Assembly: GCA_965240325.2 (NCBI GenBank)
Contig: OZ251236.1
Location: forward strand, 1,798,001-1,862,000
Direction of reading: 5' to 3'
Source: Rebecca billardiae RCC1528
Taxonomy: Eukaryota; Protista; Haptophyta
DNA: 64,000 nt
The translations under genes were made by a program, and so were the position numbers. The notes beneath the pieces are model-generated. The model was not told the DNA's origin and made no database searches. It saw only the letters and a program-made list of their open reading frames with translations. Shown in pieces: positions 1-10,636 of the stretch (positions are counted from its first letter, which is position 1; every line of letters starts with the position of its first letter).

Positions 1-1573
1 GTGCGCCCAGGCACCGGACGGCTGCCTCCTCGGGCTGGCGCTGGCGGGCGGCTGCGCGGACGGGCTCGTGCCGTGCTGGGATGGCACGTGCGCCCCCTCC
101 GCGCCCGCCTGCCCGCGCGTCGGCCGCTGCGCGTCGGCGAGCGCGCGCGTGCGCTGTGAGGGCGGCGGCTGCGGCGCGGCACCGGATGCGGGCTCGTGCG
201 CGCAGCCGTACGCGTGCGCGCCGGGCCGCGCGCGCTGTGCCGACGGGACGTGCGCGCTCTCGCTCGAAGAGTGCGCGCCGCACGACGGCTGCCCACCGCA
301 CGCCCCGCACGCCTGCGCGGACGGCCACTGCGCACCGCTCGGTGGCAGCGTCGACGGCTCCGCGGCCGCGCCCGCGGCGTGCGCGGACGGCTGCGCGGAC
401 GCGGAGCAGCGCTGCGCCGACGGCACGTGCGTTGCAGCGGGCGCGAGCTGCTCGGCCGCGCCGCCGCTGCACCTCGCCGTCGCCCACGTCGCCCTCGCCC
501 TCGGCGGCGGCAGCAGCAGCGCAGGCCGCAACACTACGCTCACGCTGACCAGCGGCGCGCGCGCGGGCGGCGTGGCGGCGCAGGCGACGGTGCGTGAGCC
601 TCCGGCGGCGGCGGGCGCGGCCACGGGCTCCGTGGTGGCGGTGCACGCGCCCGCGCACTCACTCCTGCGCGCCGCGCTGCGCCCGCCCAACTGGGCCTCC
701 GTCGAGCGCTCGCTCTTCTCGCCCGCGCTCGGGCTGAGCGCTGCGGCGGTGGGCACCGACGCGGCGCAGGCGGAGGCGGCCGTGCGCGCGGCCGCGGAGG
801 CGGCTGCGGCGGGCGAGCTCGGCGCGACGCGCGCGGCAGAGGGCGCGGGCGCGGAGGGCGTCGTGGGCGAGGGCGGGCTCGTCGCCGTCGACCTCACGCT
901 GCCCACCCTCCTCCCCGCCGACGTGCGCGCCGCCCTGCCCGCGCTGGGCGAGGCGGACGCGGACGGCGGCGGCGCGCCCGCGCCAGGGCTCTGCTTGCTC
1001 GCGGCCGTGCGGCTGAGCACGCGCGCGCGCGCGTGGGCGTGCGCGGCGGCGCTCACGCGCGCGCACCGCGACGCGCTGCTTGCTGCGCCCGCCGGCGAGT
1101 ACGTGCCACTCGCCTTCGCGGACGTGCGCGCCACCGGCGTGTACGCCGTCGGGCTGGCGGCGGCGAGCGCGCGCACGCAGTGGCAGCATCCGGCGCAGGC
1201 GGCGGAGGCGGCGCGGGACGTGGCGCGCGCGGCCGCAAGGCGCGGCGCGCGCGCCGAGCTCGTGCTCGGCGACGGGGCCACGGCTGCCGACGAGGGCACG
1301 GGGCGCTCGAGCTCCTCGCCCTCCGCGTGCAAGGGCGACGGCGACGACGACAACAATGCCGCCGCGTCGCCGCCTCCCGCGCCGCCCGCAGGCCCAAGTG
1401 CCGCGCCCACCGCAGCCTGGGGCGCGTACGTGGCGACCGCGTGGCTGTTCGGGCTGCTGGGGCTGGCGGCGCTCATGTGCGCCAACTTCTGCTGGGGCCT
1501 GTACGCCGTCACACGAGAACGGAAGCGCGCGGCTGTGCTGGTCGCCAGCTTGGACCGCCGTGACGAGCTGTGA
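1..1573 (+). CDS. 5'-partial cysteine-rich (C-x-D-G-x-C repeats) single-pass membrane protein, function unknown
   Basis: Frame is open from the window start. Repeated CWDGTC/CADGTC/CADGHC motifs, a hydrophobic segment (AWGAYVATAWLFGLLGLAALMCANFCWGLYAV), and a stop at 1571-1573 followed by AT-rich DNA. Confidence 0.7.
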   Translation, partial: CAQAPDGCLLGLALAGGCADGLVPCWDGTCAPSAPACPRVGRCASASARVRCEGGGCGAAPDAGSCAQPYACAPGRARCADGTCALSLEECAPHDGCPPHAPHACADGHCAPLGGSVDGSAAAPAACADGCADAEQRCADGTCVAAGASCSAAPPLHLAVAHVALALGGGSSSAGRNTTLTLTSGARAGGVAAQATVREPPAAAGAATGSVVAVHAPAHSLLRAALRPPNWASVERSLFSPALGLSAAAVGTDAAQAEAAVRAAAEAAAAGELGATRAAEGAGAEGVVGEGGLVAVDLTLPTLLPADVRAALPALGEADADGGGAPAPGLCLLAAVRLSTRARAWACAAALTRAHRDALLAAPAGEYVPLAFADVRATGVYAVGLAAASARTQWQHPAQAAEAARDVARAAARRGARAELVLGDGATAADEGTGRSSSSPSACKGDGDDDNNAAASPPPAPPAGPSAAPTAAWGAYVATAWLFGLLGLAALMCANFCWGLYAVTRERKRAAVLVASLDRRDEL

Positions 1574-1720
1574 TGCCATCGGCACTGTCGTAGTGTCGTA
1601 ATATAATAATTATGATGATCGATGATATCGCAGCAGATGACCGTGCGCGCGCGGTGCTATAGTGCCGCCTAGTAGTAGTCTGCTGCGCTAGCAGTATATA
1701 TAGGTCGTAGTAGTCGCGTA

Positions 1721-1850
1721 CTATATATGTATATATATACATATATATATATATATACCACGTCGTTAATATATATATATATACCACGTCGTTAATATAT
1801 ATATATATTAACGACATATATATATATATATATATATATTAACGACGTGG
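1721..1850. repeat. (TA)n microsatellite interrupted by copies of CCACGTCGTTAA in both orientations
   Basis: Motif at 1758-1769 (+), 1784-1795 (+), partial at 1808-1815 (-) and 1839-1850 (-). Confidence 0.9.
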
Positions 1851-2531
1851 TATGCAACGGGCAGGCGTCAGAGTCAGCAAGCTGTAGCAGCAGATCGAGC
1901 AGCAGCAGAGACAAACACCAGGATCAGCGCTCCTCGCCGTCGTCCCCCCCCCCCTCGTAGTCGCCCATCAATCAATCACTCCATCGCCGAGCGGAAGCTC
2001 GACGCACCGTCTGGCGTCGACGCGCGCGCGCCACCGCGGTGGTCGCGGTGCCACGCGTCGTCAGCCGTCGCCTCGAAGTAGTCGTCGTACGCAGCGCCCC
2101 CGCGGGCGCGTGCCCCCGGGCGCACGTGCGCCATGCGCGCGCGGGCGATGAGCATCTTGGCCTGGCCACGCAGGCAGCGCAGTGCCCAGCTCGCGCCGCA
2201 TGGTGCCGAGCAGCGCGCGCTCGGCGGCGGGGCGCGAGGGCGCGCTGAGGCGCGCGCGCCACGTGTCCCGTCCCATCTTGGCGATCTTCTTGAGGGTGAG
2301 GTCCACCTCCGCGCTCCACTCGCCGAACGCCCCCACGACAATCGGGACGATCGCGGGGAAGGTGTCGAGCCGCGCCTCGTATGGGCCCACCTGGCCCTCA
2401 ATCAAGCGTGCCGTAGACCTCGCGGTCGAGGAGCTGCAGCTGCTTGCGCCGCTCGCGCGGGACGAGTTCCGCGCGGTGGCGCACCGCACCGTTGCGGCCG
2501 TCGCTCACCCTGTAGCGCGACGGGCTCAGCG
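1839..2531 (-). mobile_element. 5'-truncated, frameshifted non-LTR retrotransposon relic (C-terminal RLE-endonuclease region, CRE-like) plus 3' UTR
   Basis: Joined minus frames read SRYRVSDGRNGAVRHRAELVPRERRKQLQLLDREVYGTL/EGQVGPYEARLDTFPAIVPIVVGAFGEWSAEV...LRGQAKMLIAR. This resembles the GP..RL...VxGAFGE motif of RLE-clade elements. Flanked by (TA)n on both sides. Confidence 0.7.
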
Positions 2532-2562
2532 ATATATATATATATATATATATAGTATATAG

Positions 2563-2646
2563 GACACCGATTGATTTTGAACCCGGTACTTCGTGTCTGT
2601 TATTGCACTCTGAGCCTGACGCTTGTCTGCGATGCTGCCACGTCGT

Positions 2647-2649
<3 letters not shown>
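2563..2649 (+). mobile_element. Short 3' end fragment of a related retroelement in the opposite orientation
   Basis: Ends ...actctgagcctgacg...CCACGTCGTTAA(TA)n, similar to the reverse complement of 1839-1876 (actctgacgcctg...CCACGTCGTTAA). Confidence 0.6.

Positions 2650-2741
<92 letters not shown>
2650..2741. repeat. (TA)n microsatellite, ~46 units
   Basis: Perfect dinucleotide run. Confidence 0.98.
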
Positions 2742-2743
<2 letters not shown>

Positions 2744-2966
2744 TATCGGACAGTCGGCGCGTGTATTCAGCGAGCGAGTCCCGGACCAACGCCCGGCCGG
2801 GCCTCGGCATGTCAGCGCCAGCGCCCGCACCGCCCGATGGCCGATCGCGGCTGCGCGGCTGCGCGGGCCCGGGCCCGTCGGCGGTGCGAGTTGGCGTGGC
2901 GCTGGCGGCGTGCGCCCGGCGGCGCGGCGCCCGCCCCCACCCGCGGCGCCCCGCGGCGGCGCGGCG

Positions 2967-5900
2967 CTACAGCGCCTCTCTGCGCTTCCACAGCGGCGGC
3001 TCTGAGGGCGAGGACGCGACCGCGCCGCGCGCGCCCGGCGAGGGCTGCGACGACGGCAGCTGCGAGGACGCGCGCGAGGGCTGCAGGTGCTGCGAGGGCG
3101 GCTCGGGGCTGAGGCCGACGGGGCCGCTGCCGAGCGCGGGCGGCGGCGTCGCGCCCAGGTCCGCCGCGCCGCCGCCCGCGCCCGCGCGGTGCGCGGCGGG
3201 CGAGCGGCTGTGCGGCGAGCCGGCCGCCGAGTGGCCGCCCTTGGGCTGCTGCGACCAGCCGCCCGCGCCCGCGCGCGGCGAGCCTGGCGTAGGCGGGGTG
3301 GAGGCCTCGGCGGCCTTGCGCCCGCGCTTCTTCCACAGCCGCGCGGCGCCGACGTCCTGCGAGCTGCCGTGCAGCGGCGAGGTCGCCTCGGGCAGCCACT
3401 CGCTCGCCCACTCCTGCTGCAGCCTCGAGCGCGCCACCTCCTCCCTGAAGGCGAGGTCGGTGCCGAGTGTGGGCGAGTCTGAGCGCGCGGAGCCGTCAGC
3501 GCCCTCGTCCGCGCCCGCGCCGCCGTCCGCGTCGGCCCTCGCGGCGGCGGCGGCGGCGGCGCCGCCCACCTCGCGCGCCTCCGCGTCCTCGTCCGAGTTC
3601 TCTCCCACCGTGCGCGTCACCACGATCTCGAGGCCCGCGACGCGATTGCTCGCGGACGCCGTGCGCCGCACGAACAGCGGCGCTGCGCCGGAGGAGGGCG
3701 AGGGCTCGGCGGAGGGCGCGCCCGCGCACCCGACGGCGGCCGTGGGCGCGGTGACGACGAGCGCGGGCGGCGCGGGGCGCGCGGCGGTGGGCGATGGGTC
3801 GACGGACGTGCGCAACGAGCCGCGGCACCCCGCGGCGGCGACGGCCGCCGCGCCCGCGCCCGCGGCGCCGAGGCCGAGCCCGAGGGCGGCGCTCGGCTCG
3901 ACACCCGCCACGGCCGCCACGCCCGCCGTCGCATCTGCGAGCGACGGGTAGCGCGCCATGGGCGCGGGCAGGGGCGGGAAGGCGGTGGGCGCGGCGGCGG
4001 CGCCGTGCGCGTCGAGCCGCGTCGCGAGCGCGCGCGCGTCCACAGGCGGCACGTGCGCGCCGCCCAGCGCCTCCGCCATCGCCTCGTCCGGCGGCGTCGA
4101 GCCGTGTGCAGACGGCAGCGCGCTCGACGCGCCTGCGCTCGAGCGCGCGCCTCTTGAGGGCGCGCCCGCGCCGCCGGAGCCGGCGAGGGTGAGGGCGTCG
4201 ACGCCGAAGGGCAGAGGCAGCGGCGCGTGCGCGCCGTCCTCGTCGATGTCCGCCGGCCGCCCGTCGTGCGCAGGCTGCAGCGGCGTGCCCTGCCCCGCCA
4301 TCGGCACAGGCTGCAGCGGCGTGCCCTGGCCGCGCATCGCCGCGGCCGCGTCCGCGCCGCCGCCGCCGGGCGCAAAGTGCGGCCCGCCGAGCACGGCGGC
4401 GGGCTGCGGCGCGCGGTGCGCGGCGGCGGCGGCGGCGGCGGCGGCCGCCGCCGCCGCGCCGGCCGCGCCGCCCGCCTGCCCCGTCGACTGCTGGATCGAC
4501 AGCGCGAACGGCACCGCGTTGCGAGAGTGCGCGGGCGGCGTCTGCGGCGGCCGCGAGCCGTTGGACGTGCGCGCGCTGCCGTTGCTGCCGCCGCCGCCGC
4601 CGCCGCCGGCGGCGCACGCGCCGAGGCTCTCGACGGTGAGCCCGCCGGCGTGCGCGCCGGCCGCCGCGCCGCCGAGCCCGCCCGCCGCCGCGCCGCCCGC
4701 GCCGCCCCCGCCGCCCGCCGCGCCGCCGCCGCGCGCGCCGCCGCCGCCGAGCAGCGCGGCCGGGTGGTCGGCCGACTTGCGCGAGCCGTGCGGCCCGCGG
4801 TACACGCGCGGCGTGGAGGCGGCGGCCTGCAGCATGCGCGGGTGGCGCAGCGCCTCGGCGGCGGTGGGGCGCTGCGCGGGGTCCCAGCGCAGCAGGCTCG
4901 CCAGGAAGTCGACGAAGCTCGGGTCGTCGCAGTGCGGCCGCAGCCGCTCCGCCAGCGACGAGGTAGCGGGCTGCAGGTAGCAGTAGCCGCTGCCCGGCAC
5001 GCCCACCGCGGCGGGCGCGTCGGGCGGCGGGCGCGTGAAGAGCGTGCCGCGGTGGAAGTAGAGGTGCGTGTGCCGCCCCGCCGCGAGCATGCGCTCGGGG
5101 ATCGGCCCGAGCAGCGCGATCTGCGCCGCGAGCAGCGTCTGCACGTTCTTGTTCTTGAAGAGCACCTCTCCGGTGAGCAGCTCTGCGAGGATGCAGCCGA
5201 GCGACCACACGTCCACCTTGTGCGCGTACGGCAGCCCGAGCACGACCTCGGGCGCGCGGTACGAGCGCGACTGCACGTACGAGGAGTGCGGGTCGCGGAC
5301 GAAGCACGACGAGCCGAAGTCGATCACCTTGACCACGCAGCGCGAGAGCGACTGGATGAGAATGTTCTCGGGCTTGAGGTCGCAGTGGATCAGCTCGCAC
5401 GCGTGGATGAACGCCAGCGCGTCGAGGCACTGCCGCGCGACGGAGCACACGCGCGAGACGGTGAAGTAGCGCGGCCACGCGTGGTTCTGCACGTACTTGT
5501 ACAGCTCGTACAGGTTGTCCCGCATCAGCTCGCACACGATGAAGAGGTGCTCCTTGTAGTAGAAGTAGTCGAGCATGCGCAGCACGTGGTGCTCGTCGTG
5601 CGCGTCCCGCTCGTTCAGGTGCTGCAGCAGCTTGATCTCGCCGAGCGACTGGTCGAGGAAGTCCTTGTTGTTGCGGATCACCTTGATGCACACCATCCGC
5701 CCCGACTCGAGCTCCTCGCACTGCACCGCGCGCGAGAAGACCCCCGAGCCCAGGTGCTCGACAATCCGGTACCGGCCTGCGATCAGCGTGCCGACGTCGA
5801 TCGGGAAGTTGACGTTCTCCTCGAGCGAGTTGCGCCCCGGGTCGTACACGACGGGCAGGTGGAAGACGGCGAGCTCGGTCGGGCCGTGCGGCGGCTCCGC

Positions 5901-7043
5901 GCCGCACTCCTCGCCCGTGAAGAACACCACGTTCTGCTCGAAGTCGATCTGCGCTCGGCGCGCGGCGCGGCCGGGCGGCGCGGCCGGCGGCCGGGGGCCG
6001 GGCGGGGCGCGCGTCAGCGCTGGGCGGCGCGGCGGCGCGGCCGGTGCGCACGCGGCGACGCCGAGGCTCGCCATCCCGATGCACACTCGCCCGCCCGCGT
6101 TCGCGCGCGCGCACGCAGCACACGGGCCCACGCGCGCGCGCGGCACTCGGCTCGCGCACACGCACACGCACGCGCACGCGCGCACACATGCGCGCGCGCG
6201 CACCTGCTCCAGGATGGCGACGTCACTGCTCGCAACGGGCAGCTCGGTGAAGAGCGGCTGGGGAGAGGTCACGGCCCCGATCGCCGCGCTCAGCGCGTCG
6301 CCGCCGTTCGCCTCGGCGCCGCCGGCGCGCGCGGGCGGCTGGCCTCCGCCTCCGCCCGCGGCGAGCGTGCCGCCGTCAGCGCTGACGCCAGCAGTCGGGT
6401 CTGCGACGGGCATGGCGGATGCGGCGAGGATCGCCGCGGCGGCGTCGACCGGTCGGTCCACGTCTGCGCCGCACGTGTCGTCGTCCGTGTCCGCGGACAG
6501 CTCGTTGATCGCCGGCTGCGCGCGCGTGCCAGCCCTGCCGCGCCCTCCGCCGGCCGCGTCGGCGGCCGCCGCCATCGGGCTGGGGCGCGGCTCGCTCGGC
6601 TCGCCCCACGCGGGCTGCGCAGGGCCGGGCGGGGCGACGCCGTCCTCCACCATCTCCACGTCCGAAGCCGCCTTGTGCACGCGCGGCGGCTCCGGGATGG
6701 CCGGCAGCGCAAACGGCTCGGCAGCGGCGCCGCTTGACGCGCCGCGGTCGACCGCGGGCCACGCGTCCGCCGCCGCGGCTGCGCGGCCGAGCGGAGGGTT
6801 CTGCCCGCTCGACGCGGTCGGCGACGTCGCGCCGTGGCTCAGCCCGGCGAACAGCGCCTCGAGGTGTGCCACCGCGTCGCGCTCGGTCGAGCTCGAGGAC
6901 GAGGACGAGCGACGGTTGCCGCGCCACGCGGCGAGCTCGTGGCTCAGTGTGTCGTGCGTCGAGTTGAAGCCCACCTCGCGCAGGAAGTCGCCGACGATCG
7001 CGACGAGCGCCGCGGTGCGGTCCTCCCCGGACGGCTCCTCCAT
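2967..7043 (-). CDS. DYRKP: DYRK-family kinase, DYRKP-like, with N-terminal LisH-like motif; 1 intron (5949-6203)
   Basis: LIAGRY, LGSGVFS, IKVIRNNKDFLDQSLGEIKLL, HCDLKPEN, IDFGSSCF, SYVQSRSYRAPE. N-terminal IVGDFLREVGFNSTHDTL is LisH-like. In-frame GTGCGC...GCAG intron of 255 nt. Confidence 0.88.
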   Translation of the reverse strand: MEEPSGEDRTAALVAIVGDFLREVGFNSTHDTLSHELAAWRGNRRSSSSSSSTERDAVAHLEALFAGLSHGATSPTASSGQNPPLGRAAAAADAWPAVDRGASSGAAAEPFALPAIPEPPRVHKAASDVEMVEDGVAPPGPAQPAWGEPSEPRPSPMAAAADAAGGGRGRAGTRAQPAINELSADTDDDTCGADVDRPVDAAAAILAASAMPVADPTAGVSADGGTLAAGGGGGQPPARAGGAEANGGDALSAAIGAVTSPQPLFTELPVASSDVAILEQVRARACVRACACVCVCASRVPRARVGPCAACARANAGGRVCIGMASLGVAACAPAAPPRRPALTRAPPGPRPPAAPPGRAARRAQIDFEQNVVFFTGEECGAEPPHGPTELAVFHLPVVYDPGRNSLEENVNFPIDVGTLIAGRYRIVEHLGSGVFSRAVQCEELESGRMVCIKVIRNNKDFLDQSLGEIKLLQHLNERDAHDEHHVLRMLDYFYYKEHLFIVCELMRDNLYELYKYVQNHAWPRYFTVSRVCSVARQCLDALAFIHACELIHCDLKPENILIQSLSRCVVKVIDFGSSCFVRDPHSSYVQSRSYRAPEVVLGLPYAHKVDVWSLGCILAELLTGEVLFKNKNVQTLLAAQIALLGPIPERMLAAGRHTHLYFHRGTLFTRPPPDAPAAVGVPGSGYCYLQPATSSLAERLRPHCDDPSFVDFLASLLRWDPAQRPTAAEALRHPRMLQAAASTPRVYRGPHGSRKSADHPAALLGGGGARGGGAAGGGGGAGGAAAGGLGGAAAGAHAGGLTVESLGACAAGGGGGGGSNGSARTSNGSRPPQTPPAHSRNAVPFALSIQQSTGQAGGAAGAAAAAAAAAAAAAHRAPQPAAVLGGPHFAPGGGGADAAAAMRGQGTPLQPVPMAGQGTPLQPAHDGRPADIDEDGAHAPLPLPFGVDALTLAGSGGAGAPSRGARSSAGASSALPSAHGSTPPDEAMAEALGGAHVPPVDARALATRLDAHGAAAAPTAFPPLPAPMARYPSLADATAGVAAVAGVEPSAALGLGLGAAGAGAAAVAAAGCRGSLRTSVDPSPTAARPAPPALVVTAPTAAVGCAGAPSAEPSPSSGAAPLFVRRTASASNRVAGLEIVVTRTVGENSDEDAEAREVGGAAAAAAARADADGGAGADEGADGSARSDSPTLGTDLAFREEVARSRLQQEWASEWLPEATSPLHGSSQDVGAARLWKKRGRKAAEASTPPTPGSPRAGAGGWSQQPKGGHSAAGSPHSRSPAAHRAGAGGGAADLGATPPPALGSGPVGLSPEPPSQHLQPSRASSQLPSSQPSPGARGAVASSPSEPPLWKRREAL

Positions 7044-7709
7044 CGCGCGCACGACCCTCCCCGCGGGCTCAAAGGGGGGTCGCGCAGGGCGGCGGTGGTC
7101 GCCCTTTCCTTCCTCCCCACGCACGCCACCGCCGCACGGCTGCCGCAATCCTGCTGGAGGCGCACCCTTTCTGGCCCGCGCCGTGCGTCCGGGCGCGCGC
7201 GGCGGCGCGGCGAGCAGCTGCTTTGAAAAAGCCGCCCGGGAAACTCGATATTAACACTCCGCGATTTATCCGCCGCGGAGTTTTGATGATGATGCCACGA
7301 TGACAGCATGAAAATCGGGTGATCGATGACGAACGATGTGCTGACGGTCTCACGGCGCGCGCGAGGCCCGCGCGGCGGCAGGCGGGGACGTCACACGTTC
7401 TTGTAGCTGCTAGCAGCCTCAGTGGCTCCGACGCAAATCCCGATGCACACATCCAACACGGCTGAGCCTTCTACCGTCAGCGCGGAGTCGCGGCCACCCG
7501 CGCCCCGTCGCTTCGTCGTTCCGGGATCGTTCCGGGGCGGGAGCCAGGAAGCGGTCCGCGGGGCCCGGCGGGGCGTCACGCTCCCCCATGGGGCCCCGTG
7601 ACCTGTCACGCCTCGCCGTGTGCGTCGGTGTCAAGCGTGAATGCACCGTACGGCCTCACACCCGTGCTCGGCGCGCGCGCGCGACCACCAAGCCTGCGGC
7701 AGCACGCCA

Positions 7710-8895
7710 TCATTGCGCGGCGGCCTCATCGTCTGCGCCCTCGCGCGCTGGTGGCCGCAGCGCGGCTGGCCGCGCGCCGTGCTGCGCGCCCGCGCTCGGC
7801 GGCGGCGGGTTGAGCATGGGCGGCTCGGCGCGCGTGGTGTTGCGCACCACCCAGGGGTGCGCCACGACCTCGGCGAGCGACAGCCGATCAGCCGGGTTCT
7901 TCACGAGGATCTTGCGCAGCAAGTCCTTGGCGTCCTCGGCCAGCTTGACATGCGGCGGGAAGTTGATGTGGTCCTTCATGATGCGGTCGAACGTCTCGTT
8001 CTGACCGCTCGACTCGAAGGGCGCGTTGCCCACGAGGCACTCGTACATGAGCACGCCGAGGGACCAGATGTCGACCGAGTGGTCGTACGCTGCGCCCACC
8101 ACCATCTCGGGCGCGAGGTAGTCGAGCGTGCCGCAGAAGGTCTGGCGCGGCTTGGTGGTGAGGCAGCTCCAGCCAAAGTCCGCAATCTTGAGGTTGAGCG
8201 ACGCGTCGAGCAGCAGGTTCTCCGGCTTGATGTCGCGGTGGATCACGCGGCGTGCGTGGCAGTAGTCGAGGGCGCGCGCGAGCTGCACGACGTACTTGGC
8301 GGTCTTCGCCTCGGAGAAGGTCTTCTCCTTGCGCATGTGCTTGTACATCTCGCCGTTGGGCGCGTACTCGAGGATGAGGTACACGCGCTTCTCGTCGTAA
8401 AAGAAGCCGTAGCCTGCGCGGACAGGCGGGCGCGGGCGCGGGCGCGCGGGCGTGAGCGCGGAGGCGGGCGCGGCAGCACGCGGCGCCGCCCGGCGCGGCG
8501 CGTGGCGCACATTTGAGAATGTTCTCGTGGCGCGAGTGGTACTGGATCTCGATCTCGTTCTTGAGCTGCGCCGCCACGTTGTGCTTGTCGAGCTGCTTCT
8601 TGAAGAGCACCTTGAGCGCCACGACCATCTTGGTCTGCTTCTCGCGCGCGAGGTACACGTTCCCAAACTTGCCCTTCCCCAGCGCGCGCCCGATGTCAAA
8701 GTCCGAGAGCGACAGCTTTGTCGGCTGCGCGCCGCCGCCCTTGGGCGCCGCCGCGACCGGCTTGGCCGGCGCATCTGCGGCGGCGCGCTTCTCCGCGGGG
8801 GCGTGGTCGGCGGCAGGGAGCTGCGTCTCGCGGAGCACGCCTCCCACCGGCGCAGCCGCCGCCTCCGATGCGCTCGCCGCGTTCTCGCTCGCCAT
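7710..8895 (-). CDS. AURK: Aurora kinase; 1 intron (8414-8510)
   Basis: [79 protein letters not shown]. The 97-nt GT-AG intron restores the frame. Start codon is uncertain. Confidence 0.95.
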
Positions 8896-9296
8896 CTCGC
8901 TCGCCGCGCGCGTGTGCGTGTGCGTGGCCGCGGCCTCTCTCTGCGTCCGCTTGCCGGGCTTTGAAGGCTGGGCCGTTTCGAGGTCCGGCGCGGGCGTTGC
9001 ACCACCGCTCGCGAGAAGGGTTGGCCAAAAGTCTGTAATCATCTACCCGCACTGGCCGCACACGGTCGCGAAAAATGAGCGCGTGATGATGGCGGCAAAC
9101 CTCGTCGCTTTGTTCGCCGAGCGAGGGCGCCGCCCTGCCGCGGGCTGGCGCCCTGCCGCCCTTGGTCATCAGCAGCGCGGCCCAAATATTGCGCGCCCGA
9201 AACCAGCAGCAGGGGCGAAGGGAGCAGGCAGGCTCTCAAAGCAGCCCGCCACCACCCGCGCGGAGGACGCGGACCGCCGAGAGCGGCGCGCGCGCG

Positions 9297-10636
9297 ATGG
9301 CTGGCGGCGGCGAGAAGCATGGCACCGCGCCGAACAGCGTGGCCGCGCCGTACACCAACGTGAACGACCTCGTCGCCGAGAGCCGCGCCGAGGCGAAGCG
9401 GCCGATCCCGACCTCGAAGCCGACCAACCCCGAGGACCAGAAGCGGCTGAACCAGCTCGACTCGCAGGACGCGTGGGCGCGACGGCGGCAGGAGAGCGCG
9501 GCGCACGCGCAGACCATCGCGTCGAAGCGCGGCTCGGTGCGCCGCGACCCCACCTCCGAGCGCGTGCAGAAGTACGTCGACGGGCTGCAGGACCGGCTGC
9601 CGGGCGGCGAGAAGACCGCCACCAAGTGCAAGCCGCTCGCGCCGGTGTTCGTCGTGCTGATCTACGCGGCGTTCTACGTGTCGAAAGGGATCACCATCGC
9701 CGCCAAGTACCTGCACCTCCTCTGGTCCATGTGCCCGCAGACGGTGATCAAGATTGCGTACGGGCTCGCGCTCTGCTTCTTTGGCGGCACGTTTGTGGTC
9801 GCGATCGCCGCGTCCGAGGCCTTCTACGCGGCGGGGTGGCAGCGCGCGTACTGGTCGTGCCTGCTCGTGTACGACGAGGCGCGGCGCATCCGGTACGCCC
9901 TCGAGGAGGACGACTACGTCGACGCCGACGGCGACGGCGTCGCTGACGTCGACCAGATCGGCTCGAAGGAGCTCGTCTCGCGCAAGGTCGGGCTGGCGTT
10001 CCGCACGGTCGACGACCCGGCCGAGCTGCAGAGCGCGTTCGGCAACTTGTGGGGGGCGTACCTCGCCGTGCTCGCGACGCTGCAGTTCAAGTTCGCGCGG
10101 ACCACCGCCTTCGCCGTGGGCATCGCCTCCTCCTCGCGCTTCTTCTTCCTCAAGCTGCTCGGGCCGCCCCTCAACCACGTCATGCCCGCGGAGGCGGAGC
10201 AATGGTGCGCGCGGCCGCGCGCAAGGCCGGCGCGCGGCGCGCGGCGTGGCGTGGCGTGGCGTGCTCACGCGCGCGCGGCCGCGCCGCTTGCGCCGGCCCC
10301 CGCAGGGTGCCCGTCTTCATCGACACGTTTGTGCACGTGGTCGCGCTCATCCTCGCGTGGTACCTGCAGATGGTGATGAGCGCGATCACCAGCGGGCTGC
10401 GCGGCGGCACCATCGCCGCGCGCGCGTTCCTCGAGTTCGCCAACGAGCGCGGCTGGAAGAAGCTCGACGACGAGTCCACCTCGCTCACAGACGAGACGAT
10501 CGGCATGGTGCTGGCCGCGGGCGGCATCTGCTTCCAGCTGCTCAACGGCTTCCAGCTGCCGTTCCCGGCCAACATCGTGCTGCTGCCGCTCACGGTGATC
10601 GAGTGGGTGCTCAGGTGGCAGGTGACGTGGGGCTGA
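9297..10636 (+). CDS. Multi-pass membrane protein of unknown function with DxDxDG Ca-binding-like loop; 1 intron (10205-10305)
   Basis: Coding-like codon bias, several hydrophobic helices, DYVDADGDGVADVDQI. Splicing joins ...AEQW to VPVFIDTF...WQVTWG*. Confidence 0.8.

Noticed and set aside
1509-3112. ORFs with IYIYIY runs
   Set aside because: Translations of (TA)n microsatellites.
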